Below are positions 51,199 through 60,503 of a stretch of DNA of 64,000 nt, in pieces. How positions within the stretch are numbered: the stretch's first letter is position 1; each line of letters opens with the position of its first letter. Below the pieces are notes generated by a model. It was not told the DNA's origin, searched no databases, and saw only the letters and a list, made by a program, of their open reading frames with translations. Both the position numbers and the translations under genes were made by a program. The DNA lies in assembly GCA_965652295.1 (NCBI GenBank), contig CBFGTS010000005.1:226671-290670 (forward strand), in the 5' to 3' direction. This DNA is from an uncultured Haloferula sp. (GTDB taxonomy: Bacteria; Verrucomicrobiota; Verrucomicrobiia; Verrucomicrobiales; Akkermansiaceae).

Positions 51199-51447
51199 AT
51201 GGCCACCTCCAAAGCATCCTTCAGCATCGCCTCCATCGTCGCGATCATCGCCGCGATCCTCAGCTTTCAGGTGGGACCGTTGGTCGGCCTCCTTTTGGCA
51301 GCCCTCGCGCTCATCTGCGGAGCCATCGGGCTCGTCCTCGCGCTCTCTCCGGGCATCCGCGGCGGAGTGGTCAGCATCATCGCCGTGGTCCTCAGCATCA
51401 TCGGCGTGATCGCCGCCATCGTGAAAGCAATCATGTGGTTCTTCTGA
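51199..51447 (+). CDS. Small membrane protein
   Basis: 82 aa, three hydrophobic segments. Confidence 0.65.
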   Translation: MATSKASFSIASIVAIIAAILSFQVGPLVGLLLAALALICGAIGLVLALSPGIRGGVVSIIAVVLSIIGVIAAIVKAIMWFF

Positions 51448-51512
51448 GCGGTCACGCTGTTCGGCCCTGGAATGCCATTGAAACCGGAAGCCTGTCGGGA
51501 CACGAATGGAAC

Positions 51513-52082
51513 ATGAAAGGGCGCGAGAGCGGGATGCCGGTCAGGGACCAGTGGGAGAACTTTTTTGATGCCGAAGAAATCATCACCTGCCTCCAATGTG
51601 CGGAACGGTCGGGTGATGTGATCGAGTTCGGGTGCGGCTACGGCACGTTCTCCCTTCCCGTCGCGCGCCGTCTTCACGGCCTCCTGCACACCTTCGACAT
51701 CGACCCGGCGATGGTTGCGGAAACCGAAAGGCGGGCCCACGCGGAAGAGCTCGCCAACCTGATCGTCCGCCGCCGGGATTTCGTCGAAGACGGCACCGGC
51801 CTTGCCGACGGAGCCGCCGTTCACGCCATGCTCTTCAACCTCCTTCACATTGAGGCGCCCGTCCGGTTGCTGCGCGAGGCGCGCCGCGTGCTGGAGCCCG
51901 GCGGAGCGGCTTCCATCATCCACTGGCGGACCGATATCGAAACGCCCCGCGGACCTTCGCCTGCCATCCGGCCCACTCCCGATCAATGCCGCTGCTGGGC
52001 ACGGGAAGCAGGATTCCGGACCGTCCGACCCGTCGAGCTCGGAAACGCTGCGCCCTGGCATTTCGGGATGATCGTCGCTTGA
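51513..52082 (+). CDS. Class I SAM-dependent methyltransferase
   Basis: VIEFGCGYGTF, FDID, LLREARRVLEPGG. Confidence 0.88.
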   Translation: MKGRESGMPVRDQWENFFDAEEIITCLQCAERSGDVIEFGCGYGTFSLPVARRLHGLLHTFDIDPAMVAETERRAHAEELANLIVRRRDFVEDGTGLADGAAVHAMLFNLLHIEAPVRLLREARRVLEPGGAASIIHWRTDIETPRGPSPAIRPTPDQCRCWAREAGFRTVRPVELGNAAPWHFGMIVA

Positions 52083-52085
52083 ACC

Positions 52086-52121
52086 TTCCACGAGCACGAT
52101 CTCATGCGCGATGGTGTTCAA
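52086..52121 (-). pseudogene. Tiny degenerate remnant of the metallopeptidase HExxH region (possible third cassette start)
   Basis: LNTIAHEIVLV vs LRDSIAHEIGHLLV in the 54151 protein. Confidence 0.45.
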
Positions 52122-52144
52122 GGCGGGGCAACGGTGCCGTGCCG

Positions 52145-53026
52145 TCATCGCTTCGTGCTGGTTCGGCGGAGCTTTCGCCAGCCCAAGAGGATAGCGGCCA
52201 CCAGTCCGAGCGCTCCACCAGCCATCCACCAATGATCCGCCCGCTGCGCTGGATCATCTGCGGAGTCCTCGCTTCCCGAGGCTTCGCGGTTCTGAGTCGT
52301 CCGTCTCCGATGGTTCTCTGGGTCTGCACCGTCCGCACCCGGCCTCAGTTCTCGTTCCGCCGGACCTTCCAGTGTGTAGGGTTGCGGATCGCCTTTGAAG
52401 CGGAAGGTCCGGGTGCCGGCCTTCACCTGCTCGAACCACAGCTGCCACGTTTTCAGTTGGGCGCGGATCGCTGCAGCAGAGAGGGAATTTCCTGCTTCCA
52501 TGGGGGGGTCGTCGAGCAACTTCGTCAAAGCGACCTGAGCGAAGAAAGGATTTTCCGGAGGTGAAAACTGCTCAAATCCTTTCTCAAGCGGATAAGGTAC
52601 CCCCGAGTCGTCAAAAAGGAGCTCTCCTAGAACCCGGACGGATTCCGGAGAGGGAAGCGCTTCAAGCGTTTGGATCATGTCAAGGCGGACGCGGTCATAA
52701 TCATGAATTTTCCCTGATTTCCAGATGGCTCGTTCTTTGTGGATCTTTGCCAAAAGGCGATCTGCAAATCCAGGTATCGCCATTAGGGACGAGCGAAGTT
52801 TTCGATTCACTTCTTCGCGTCTCGGAATTGGAAAATTGCTATAGGTCAAACCCTTGGCTCCTCGAGCCAAAGTACTGAAATTTTCTTCGGTTGGGTCCAG
52901 CATTGTGCGGTCTGCCACGTTCTCCCATTGATCTAATTTATGATCCATGTCCTCCTGGCTATCTGCCTGTAGCTGCTGACTTGTTGAGATCAGCAGCAGC
53001 ATCACGCCTGCCAGAGTTCTTTTCAT
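52145..53026 (-). CDS. Exported, C-terminally TM-anchored partner (putative immunity) protein 2
   Basis: Signal peptide; KTWQLWFEQVKAGTRTFRFKGD shared with 53235 gene; TM + basic tail. Confidence 0.75.
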   Translation of the reverse strand: MKRTLAGVMLLLISTSQQLQADSQEDMDHKLDQWENVADRTMLDPTEENFSTLARGAKGLTYSNFPIPRREEVNRKLRSSLMAIPGFADRLLAKIHKERAIWKSGKIHDYDRVRLDMIQTLEALPSPESVRVLGELLFDDSGVPYPLEKGFEQFSPPENPFFAQVALTKLLDDPPMEAGNSLSAAAIRAQLKTWQLWFEQVKAGTRTFRFKGDPQPYTLEGPAERELRPGADGADPENHRRRTTQNREASGSEDSADDPAQRADHWWMAGGALGLVAAILLGWRKLRRTSTKR

Positions 53027-53027
53027 T

Positions 53028-53223
53028 TTATGGTTCATTGAGGATGGCTCTTAAACTTTCTTCCGCTTTGTCCCACTCGCCCTTCACGAGCAGCCCTGAT
53101 TTTCCGTCGGGACGACGACCGTAGCCCGAGCACATCAAGCGACAGGTCCGATCCGCTCCTAGCGAGGGGCATGGGCCCGATTCATGATCAGGATGCCCCG
53201 GACCAACCAGCATGTGGCCGATC
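53028..53223 (-). pseudogene. Orphan alternative C-terminal tip of the 54151 metallopeptidase
   Basis: IGHMLVGPGHP...RLMC.G..R..DG...LLVKGEWDKAE aligns with the last ~65 aa of 54151-57039. Confidence 0.85.
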
Positions 53224-53234
53224 CTTCGCGGACT

Positions 53235-54143
53235 CTACGCCCTTCCTCGTTTCCCTTGAAATCTCCGCCAGACTAGCCACAGAGCCGTTGCAGCAGCCAG
53301 GATCGAACCCACAATCCAGCCACTCCGATTTCCATGATCCGATTCCGCCCGTCCTTCGGCGGTCCTCTCCCCGCTGATCCCTCGGGATCTGTGATCTCCA
53401 GCCGCCACAATGTCCGCCCCCGGCCGCAGCGCCCTCTCCGCGGGTCCCTTCAAAGTATAGGGCTGGGAATCTCCCTTGAAGCGGAACGTCCGGGTTCCCG
53501 CTTTCACCTGCTCGAACCACAGTTGCCAGGTTTTAAGATTCTCAGCCATTGCGAAAAGCTCCGCATCGTCCGTCGGTGGATCGTCCAACATCTGAATCAG
53601 ACAGCGCTGCGAAAGAAACGCGTTTGCAGACGGAATGCCCACATCAGTGTTGCGCGGGTCGAGCATATGTCTCGTATCAACCAAGAATCCGCCTAATACT
53701 TCCACTGACTGAGTGGTTCTCAGCTCACCCAATGTCTTGATGATGTTCAGCCGCATAAAGTCCGGCTCGTTATATTCATATATATTAGTATGATCCTTGT
53801 TGCCGCTATCCCATATTTTCCATGCCCTCACCATTTCCGACTCGAAGAAATCAGCATGCCGAGGGATGGAGCACATTGCAGCCACCAACTCTGCCTTTAC
53901 CTCTACCCTGCTATCTAGGGGATATATATTTTGCTTGTCAAGCTTCCTAATCCCCAATCCCAACTCACGAAGGTTTTCATCAGAAGGATTCTGCACAGCC
54001 TCATTGGCAACTCTGCGCCACCTTTCAAAAGCAGCTAAAGTTTCGGATCTTTCTTCCTCGCTTATTGTCGGTAGTGTCTCTGAAACACTGGCGCATACAA
54101 AAAAAATTGCAAAGTAAGTAATTGCGGACTGAGGTATATTCAT
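53235..54143 (-). CDS. Exported, C-terminally TM-anchored partner (putative immunity) protein 1
   Basis: Starts just after the peptidase stop; signal peptide; AT-richer 5' half; conserved WQLWFEQVKAG block; TM + basic tail. Confidence 0.75.
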   Translation of the reverse strand: MNIPQSAITYFAIFFVCASVSETLPTISEEERSETLAAFERWRRVANEAVQNPSDENLRELGLGIRKLDKQNIYPLDSRVEVKAELVAAMCSIPRHADFFESEMVRAWKIWDSGNKDHTNIYEYNEPDFMRLNIIKTLGELRTTQSVEVLGGFLVDTRHMLDPRNTDVGIPSANAFLSQRCLIQMLDDPPTDDAELFAMAENLKTWQLWFEQVKAGTRTFRFKGDSQPYTLKGPAERALRPGADIVAAGDHRSRGISGERTAEGRAESDHGNRSGWIVGSILAAATALWLVWRRFQGKRGRA

Positions 54144-54150
54144 GTGCAAT

Positions 54151-57039
54151 TTATTTATCAAATGCTCCTGAAAGCTGGATTTCTGCCTTGTCCCACTCGC
54201 CCTTAACAACGAGCTTCGCGGATCCGTCTTTCTTTCGAACAGATCCTTTGCACATCAGCCGTTCCAAATGATTCGTTTCAGGTAGTGGGGATGGTCCTTT
54301 CCCGTAGCCATCGCGTGTTTCATTGGGATGCCCAGGTCCGACTAAAAGATGACCAATCTCATGAGCAATGCTGTCCCTCAGATCGGCAGCCGTATAATAT
54401 TGAGACCCCCCCATGATCCAACACTCCTTAAGTTCGGAATTTGACATCGCCTTGGCAGGATTATTGTCGAGATAAGTAACGCCATCCACAATGGTATTTA
54501 TATAGCCCCTCTTCACCCTTCCTAAAATATATACGTTTATATCAGCACTCGGATCTCGATAGGCGCTCCTCACTGCCGTGGCCTCTCCACCGAAATCTGT
54601 AGTTGTCTCGAACACTCCTGATCTCTCTCCGTTTTGATCGAAATCAATCCCTGCTGAAACCCCTTTGGGAATCAGTTGAAAGTAACAATTGATTTGCTTT
54701 CCAAAGACTTCATCCAAATAGGTTCGAATCTCCTCGTCCGAAATTTCAACCGGTGGTGTGGCGATCGTTCCCGCCAAGAGAGGAACCCTCCAGACGGCCA
54801 CGTTCAAGAGTCTCCTCTTCATCACTTTCACTCCCAGCGGCTTGGACAGGGCGGAAACATCTCCGCTCTTCACCGTGACGGTATTATCGCTGGAGGGAGC
54901 GCCCGCGGGCGCGGAGACGGTCAGAATCTCTTCGATCGATGATAGTGAGTGCGACGCTCCGCTACCGATGTTGAAGGTGCCCGGCGACTCCAAGGTTAGC
55001 TCGGAGCCGGGACCCGCGGTTGTCTGGAGGTGGAACGTGTTGCTGCCGCCGGCCGGTGCCATCACCCACAGGCGGTCCTCGCAGGCATCTCCGGGTTCGC
55101 TGCTCGTTACCGAGACGGCATCGACTCCGGTGGCGAACTCGTCGTCGCTTATAACGAGCGGGATCCCCAATGCGTAATCGAATCCACCCTGGGATCTGGG
55201 TTTCTGCATGACGAGGGCTCCCGAGTTACTCAAGTTGGTGAGTTTCACATCGGCGCCCGCCCAATTTCCGGAGATCTCGGGCGCAGCGTCCTTCAACGAA
55301 GAAGACAGTCCGTTGAACCACAGCGGCTCGGATGTCGATGGCACAATCGCCCAACCGAGAGCGCAAATGTCCCGACATTTCGGCAAACTTCCAGCTGCCA
55401 TCCAATCCACACCGGGGCCACTGATCTGAATCGCTTCTTCCGATGTAGGAACCGCCGCCAAACCACCTTCAGGAAGGGGAACGAACTCACGAATTCTCGT
55501 ATCAAACTCTTTCAAGCCGGAGTCCGCAGTCTGCAGCGTGGTCTTGTCAATGCCTTCATGCCACCAATATCGGGAGATATCGAGCAGCCCATCTGCTCTG
55601 ACAGATGACGAGTCGTAGGTGGCATTTCCTGCCATTGCAGGCAGTGACCAGATCCGCTCTCCTTTGCTGGTGATGGTGTCTTCTCCGTTTTCACCGGTCG
55701 AGGCTTCGAACAATTCGGCTATGAACTTCCGGTCATTCGTGAGCGCCTGTCGATAATTGCCTGGGGTTTGAAGCATCTGAGGAGAAACGCCCGCCCACTC
55801 CGAGTCGTTGTCCAGCAATCGTTGCGGAGCGGCGTCGGGAGAGACCCACCAGCACATCTCGGTTCTGGATTTTTCATAGGGGGTGACCTGGGTGACATGG
55901 TTTCCCCAACCAAGAATCTGTCCGTATGCGTTCATGGAAAGCGGCACACAGTATTTCATGCCCACGCCGAACGAGCGGGCGAGATTCAATCCGTGATAGG
56001 CACCTTCCTTCCAAACTCCGGAGCGATAAAGAACCGCCCCGCCATCCGTGGCCACAATAGGGCTTTCCTCTTGTCCGTAAGGGTCGATTGCTCCACTTAG
56101 GGGGAAAACGGCGTATTTCGGAGCCGAGGAGCGTGCCCAGTAAATCGCTCTGTCGCTATGGACGGCATCCTCGATATCCGGAGTTCCATCGCCGTCGAAA
56201 TCGAGATCCAGCCCGTCGGGCAGGCCGTCGTCGTCCGTGTCGGGATTGAAAGGATTGCCGACCGGACCGTCCGGGGCGTTGGGATCGGGCTCGTAGGCGA
56301 ATTCCATCCAGTCCGGCGTGCCGTCGTGGTCGGAGTCCACGTCTCCATCGGCCCGCACCCGGAGGAACCGCAATGCCCCGGGGTCGGGCGGGGCGGCCGG
56401 AGGCGCGGCGAGAGCCAGCTGGTAGTTCGCCGCCACTTCCTGATTCATCTCCGGCAGGGCATCGACCAAGGCCGCCCACATGAGCGCATCGGCTCCCACA
56501 AGCTCGGACTCATCCTCGGGCACGGGAGCGTCGGCCATCTGATGCATGATGAAGAACGTGTGATTGCCGAATTCCCGGAAATATAGCGGCACCATGGTCC
56601 AGGCTGGGTCCAGAGAAACCTCCGCATGACGGCACAGGAGCGATTGGTTCTCAAGTGAGCGCCACGTGGCGACGACCCCGCCTCCCGCGGCGGGGCTCAG
56701 GACCAGGGTGGCATGCACGGGTTCCGGTTCCGGGTCCGGTGGATCGCCTCCCGGGGGTTCGGACGGCGGCGGTGCCGCGGCGGTTTCCAGCAAGGCGCAA
56801 GCATGCTCGTGCCCCAGCGCGTAGAACGGATCTCCCACCGGCGACCAGTTGAGCAAGTCATCCGAAGCCTCGAATTGGTAGAGGACTCCTGGCAGGGACT
56901 TGAACACCAGCGAGGTCTGGGTGGAGCCATCCGTCGCAGTCAGGGATTGGAGGGAGAACGGAGGCACCAGCAGATCCTGGCCGAAAGCCAGGGAAGCGGA
57001 TGCCAAGGCACAACAAAGCAGGGGGAACGGACGTTGCAT
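54151..57039 (-). CDS. Secreted protein with DxDxDG Ca-binding repeats and C-terminal zinc metallopeptidase (putative polymorphic effector)
   Basis: Signal peptide MQRPFPLLCC..AFG; DSDHDG, DTDDDG, DFDGDG; IAHEIGHLLVGPGH. Confidence 0.75.
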   Translation of the reverse strand: MQRPFPLLCCALASASLAFGQDLLVPPFSLQSLTATDGSTQTSLVFKSLPGVLYQFEASDDLLNWSPVGDPFYALGHEHACALLETAAAPPPSEPPGGDPPDPEPEPVHATLVLSPAAGGGVVATWRSLENQSLLCRHAEVSLDPAWTMVPLYFREFGNHTFFIMHQMADAPVPEDESELVGADALMWAALVDALPEMNQEVAANYQLALAAPPAAPPDPGALRFLRVRADGDVDSDHDGTPDWMEFAYEPDPNAPDGPVGNPFNPDTDDDGLPDGLDLDFDGDGTPDIEDAVHSDRAIYWARSSAPKYAVFPLSGAIDPYGQEESPIVATDGGAVLYRSGVWKEGAYHGLNLARSFGVGMKYCVPLSMNAYGQILGWGNHVTQVTPYEKSRTEMCWWVSPDAAPQRLLDNDSEWAGVSPQMLQTPGNYRQALTNDRKFIAELFEASTGENGEDTITSKGERIWSLPAMAGNATYDSSSVRADGLLDISRYWWHEGIDKTTLQTADSGLKEFDTRIREFVPLPEGGLAAVPTSEEAIQISGPGVDWMAAGSLPKCRDICALGWAIVPSTSEPLWFNGLSSSLKDAAPEISGNWAGADVKLTNLSNSGALVMQKPRSQGGFDYALGIPLVISDDEFATGVDAVSVTSSEPGDACEDRLWVMAPAGGSNTFHLQTTAGPGSELTLESPGTFNIGSGASHSLSSIEEILTVSAPAGAPSSDNTVTVKSGDVSALSKPLGVKVMKRRLLNVAVWRVPLLAGTIATPPVEISDEEIRTYLDEVFGKQINCYFQLIPKGVSAGIDFDQNGERSGVFETTTDFGGEATAVRSAYRDPSADINVYILGRVKRGYINTIVDGVTYLDNNPAKAMSNSELKECWIMGGSQYYTAADLRDSIAHEIGHLLVGPGHPNETRDGYGKGPSPLPETNHLERLMCKGSVRKKDGSAKLVVKGEWDKAEIQLSGAFDK

Positions 57040-57451
57040 GATAGGATCAGGTTCGAATCTGACGTCCGTTCCGGTGGACGGGGAGTGAATAAGCCGCACA
57101 CAGTCGGCCGCAACGGCCTTTAGCCGTTCTCCCCGAAGGAAGGCGGCCTGGACATGCGCCGCCGCCTCCCCGGCCGTTTCGGTCGGTTTGGCGGCATCGT
57201 TCGCGGTCGATGCCGACCGCCTTGTGAAGGGTTCTCACGCCCTCGTCCGCTGGAGCGGACAGAGGTAGAAGACGAACTGACAGGGAAAAGGCAAGCTTTT
57301 CGTTGATATGCCGACCAAGTGCCGCCTCATACTGCCCAAAGTGGGACGATTCAAAGTCGGTTCAACGACGGGCCTTGAATCGGTCCCGTGGTCTCTTGGA
57401 GACAGCCCTTCATACACACAACCCTTCGGAGAGGGAGGAAAAGGCCGCGGA

Positions 57452-58372
57452 TCAATCCACAAGGTAGATTCCGAGGGACTCCAGAGATCCGGTCTCCTCG
57501 CCCGACCCGCTCTGGGGACGGAGGAGATCAAAGCCGGGACTGTCCTCCGTTGCCGGAAGTTGACTCTGATGGACTTTCGAAACCGCAGCTTCGAGGGCCG
57601 CCCGATCATCTTCGGACGCTGCCGCAGGCCACGATGCCTCCAACGAATGAAGCGCGGTGCTCCGCCAAGGTCCTTGAACCGATAGCGCCCAGTCGAGGGC
57701 GCGGCTCGGGTCCCATCGAGCCGTGGTGGCCGCGAAAACGGTGACCGCCGCCGCTTTCCACGGGTGGTCGGGAAGATCACGGAGCCAGATTTCGACCTCA
57801 TCCGGATCCACCGCCGCCCATCCCCTGACCATCTCTGGTATCTGGTGGGCGGCCGTCGCGAGGTTCTCGAGATGCCCGGCGGCACCAGCGCCATCGAGTC
57901 GGCCCCATTTTTCAAGAAACGCGCTCCACTCCTCATCTGAAAGGGCGTGGGGCTCCGGCGGCGGACACCGATCGAGCAGATCGTACAGGTCTTCCGCGTT
58001 GTCGTGCCTCATGCCCGCGAGCAGCCTGCGGAACGCCTCCTTCCTCATGGGAGAAGGCCGGGATGAGACGAAAATCCCCGACTGCACGGGTGTATCCCGG
58101 TCTGCGGAAGAAATCGATTCCACCCATCCGGCCACGAGTTCATCCACCTGTAGCTCCGGTTCCCGCGGCGGGCGTTCGCGGTACACCGGCCGGTCGGAAG
58201 GCAGGTCCGCGGAGGCGTGATCGGTTGCCCGGATCACGTCTCCGCGCTCCTTGTTGTTTTCACGGTTTGTCGTCATCGCCCATAGCACCAGCCCGGCACC
58301 GGCGCACGCCAGTGGGAGCCAGCGGCTGCGGAGACGATGCATCCCGAGCAAATCGTGAAGCGCCGTTTTCAT
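57452..58372 (-). CDS. Membrane-anchored helical-repeat protein (WxxxDPxxAxxW family)
   Basis: N-terminal TM; WGRLDGAGA, WAAVDPDEV, WDPSRALDW; ATGA overlap with the PEP-CTERM gene. Confidence 0.7.
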   Translation of the reverse strand: MKTALHDLLGMHRLRSRWLPLACAGAGLVLWAMTTNRENNKERGDVIRATDHASADLPSDRPVYRERPPREPELQVDELVAGWVESISSADRDTPVQSGIFVSSRPSPMRKEAFRRLLAGMRHDNAEDLYDLLDRCPPPEPHALSDEEWSAFLEKWGRLDGAGAAGHLENLATAAHQIPEMVRGWAAVDPDEVEIWLRDLPDHPWKAAAVTVFAATTARWDPSRALDWALSVQGPWRSTALHSLEASWPAAASEDDRAALEAAVSKVHQSQLPATEDSPGFDLLRPQSGSGEETGSLESLGIYLVD

Positions 58373-59151
58373 CGGGACGCCCGGCGGCGGCGGATCAGTG
58401 AGATTCCCGCGATTCCGGCCAACAAGGCGGTGCCCGGCTCAGGTGCGGTCACCAGCGTGACGTTCATGTACGGATGCACGTTCTCGTTGCCCGCAGCCAG
58501 ATCACCCCCTGAGTTGTAGGTGTAGCTGTCCGTGTTCAGCGCCGTTGCCCCCGTATCGAAGGGATCGGCGAAGCTGTAGGCCGGAGACGGCGAACCCCCG
58601 AAGGGCGCACCCGTGTAGTAGCTGATTGTGTTCCCGCCGGTGTTGGTGATGCCCAGCCACAAGGTGCCTTCGGTCACGGAAGTGAACGGATTCCCTGCCA
58701 CGTTCCCGTAATCGATCTGTGCGGTCACCTCCGCCACCGCGAGGTTGCCGGAATCGGATGGTGTGGTGGAAACCTGTTGAGCGACATTCGCCGTGCCCGC
58801 CGTGAAGCCGGAAAGCTCGGTGATGTCACTCAATTCGGTGCCGCTGTCCACGGCCGAATAGAAGCTGAACGAGGCCGTGCTGGTTCCTCCGTCCGCGAGA
58901 AGGTAGGTCGAGATGCCGAAGTAGTCGTTCTCCTCCAGTGTCGGCCATGCACCTGCTGTATAAGGAATCCCGACGTACAGCGTCTGGCCCGCGCCAATCT
59001 GACTGACGAAGTCGACATCTCCCGCCGCCACGTCGCCGTAATTGGTGTTTTCCACCAGGCTGATGACCGTGGCCTGCACAGACGTCGCGCCACCCAGGCA
59101 CAGCAGCAGCGCCGGTCCCAGGGTGAAACGAATCGATCGGTTTGTTTTCAT
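58369..59151 (-). CDS. PEP-CTERM sorting-domain protein
   Basis: Signal peptide ending VQA; APEPGTALLAGIAGISLIRRRR. Confidence 0.88.
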   Translation of the reverse strand: MKTNRSIRFTLGPALLLCLGGATSVQATVISLVENTNYGDVAAGDVDFVSQIGAGQTLYVGIPYTAGAWPTLEENDYFGISTYLLADGGTSTASFSFYSAVDSGTELSDITELSGFTAGTANVAQQVSTTPSDSGNLAVAEVTAQIDYGNVAGNPFTSVTEGTLWLGITNTGGNTISYYTGAPFGGSPSPAYSFADPFDTGATALNTDSYTYNSGGDLAAGNENVHPYMNVTLVTAPEPGTALLAGIAGISLIRRRRASR

Positions 59152-59221
59152 AAGTGGTTGTTTTCTATGTTATTGCAATTATTGGGAAATCCATCACACG
59201 GGTGATTGGAAGCCAGGAGGC

Positions 59222-60460
59222 TCAATCCGCCCTTACCATGGTCCCGCCAGCATCATCGGTCGGAGCGACCGCACTCACGGCCACACCTTCTTCGAGAGCA
59301 TCCATTCGGGCGGCGAGGGCATCGAGACGGGTCAACTGATCCTTCAGCTTCGCGTTCTCCGCCTCCAACGCTGCCACTTTTTCCGCCAGTTCCTGGGTGG
59401 CCTTCACCAAGACGGGAGTGACGCGGCCGTAGTCCACGGTCCACGGGTTCTCGGCGGGGTCTTCGCCACCCGGGGTCACGGCGTTTGGAAACACCGTGTG
59501 CAATTGCTGGGCGATGAAGCCGGTTTCGGCGCGGTCCGGGCTCGCCTTGTAGTTGTAATCGCTGACCTGGATTTTCATCACGTCGGCAAGGCCCTTGGAA
59601 CTCGGCTGGATGTTCTCTTTCAGGCGCTCGTCGGAGGTGGTGTTGTAGGACGTTCCCGATCCGGTGTAAGTGATGCTCCCCACACCTGCCCCGCCAACGA
59701 GGAACGAGACAAATATACTTCCCGCCGGCGGCCCGGCCGGCTTGGCAAGGTGCAGACAAGGGTTGACGCCCTCTCGCTGAAACGCCCCGTAGGAGTCCCC
59801 GGTCGCAGGATCGGCAAATACCTCAAATCCGCTCACATTGGAGGTGCCGCTCCACAGCTCTCCGGTTTGAATGCCGTTGCTCGCGAGAACCTTGGTGGTA
59901 CCGCGCACGTCCAGACGGCTTTGAGGGGCGGGTGTCGCAATACCCACGTCGCCGGTGTTCTTCACAACAAGCATGGCGGAGCCTATATCGGTAGCCACGG
60001 TGCCACTGGAAATATCCAGAGCATTTCCCTCCACCGAGGTGGAGGCCACCTTCACACTGAGTCCGCCCGCGGATCCAACTGCGGTGGAGCTGTTGTACAG
60101 GGACGCCACATACCCGTCGCTGTTGGTGTGCCAGGTGATGCTCGAAAGGTTGGCACCCCTGTTGTTGGAGCCAATGATGTTATCGTTGAAGTTGCTGAGC
60201 AGGGTGCCTGGCGTCGTGATGCCAATGCCCACCCGGCCCTGGATGATGGCTCCATTCAGCGGGGCGATGGTGCCCAGGGTGCTGGTGTAGGTGGCATCCC
60301 CGATGGCGAGACCGCCGGAAGCCGTGGAGCCGTTCACGCTGAGCTTGGAGCGCGGCGTGGTGGTGCCGATGCCGACGTTCTGCGCGGAGGCAATGGTGGT
60401 GAGAAGGGCCATTGCCAGAAGAGCGGCGAGGCCATGGTTCGATGCGATTTGCGTTTTCAT
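59222..60460 (-). CDS. Secreted fibre protein with peptidase S74 intramolecular chaperone domain, copy 3
   Basis: ASA-QNVGIGTTTP; SDERLKENI..GFIAQQL..VDYGR..coiled coil. Confidence 0.85.
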   Translation of the reverse strand: MKTQIASNHGLAALLAMALLTTIASAQNVGIGTTTPRSKLSVNGSTASGGLAIGDATYTSTLGTIAPLNGAIIQGRVGIGITTPGTLLSNFNDNIIGSNNRGANLSSITWHTNSDGYVASLYNSSTAVGSAGGLSVKVASTSVEGNALDISSGTVATDIGSAMLVVKNTGDVGIATPAPQSRLDVRGTTKVLASNGIQTGELWSGTSNVSGFEVFADPATGDSYGAFQREGVNPCLHLAKPAGPPAGSIFVSFLVGGAGVGSITYTGSGTSYNTTSDERLKENIQPSSKGLADVMKIQVSDYNYKASPDRAETGFIAQQLHTVFPNAVTPGGEDPAENPWTVDYGRVTPVLVKATQELAEKVAALEAENAKLKDQLTRLDALAARMDALEEGVAVSAVAPTDDAGGTMVRAD

Positions 60461-60503
60461 GCAAGTGTGAGTGAAAGGATGAAACGGTTCTGCAACGGCA
60501 GGC

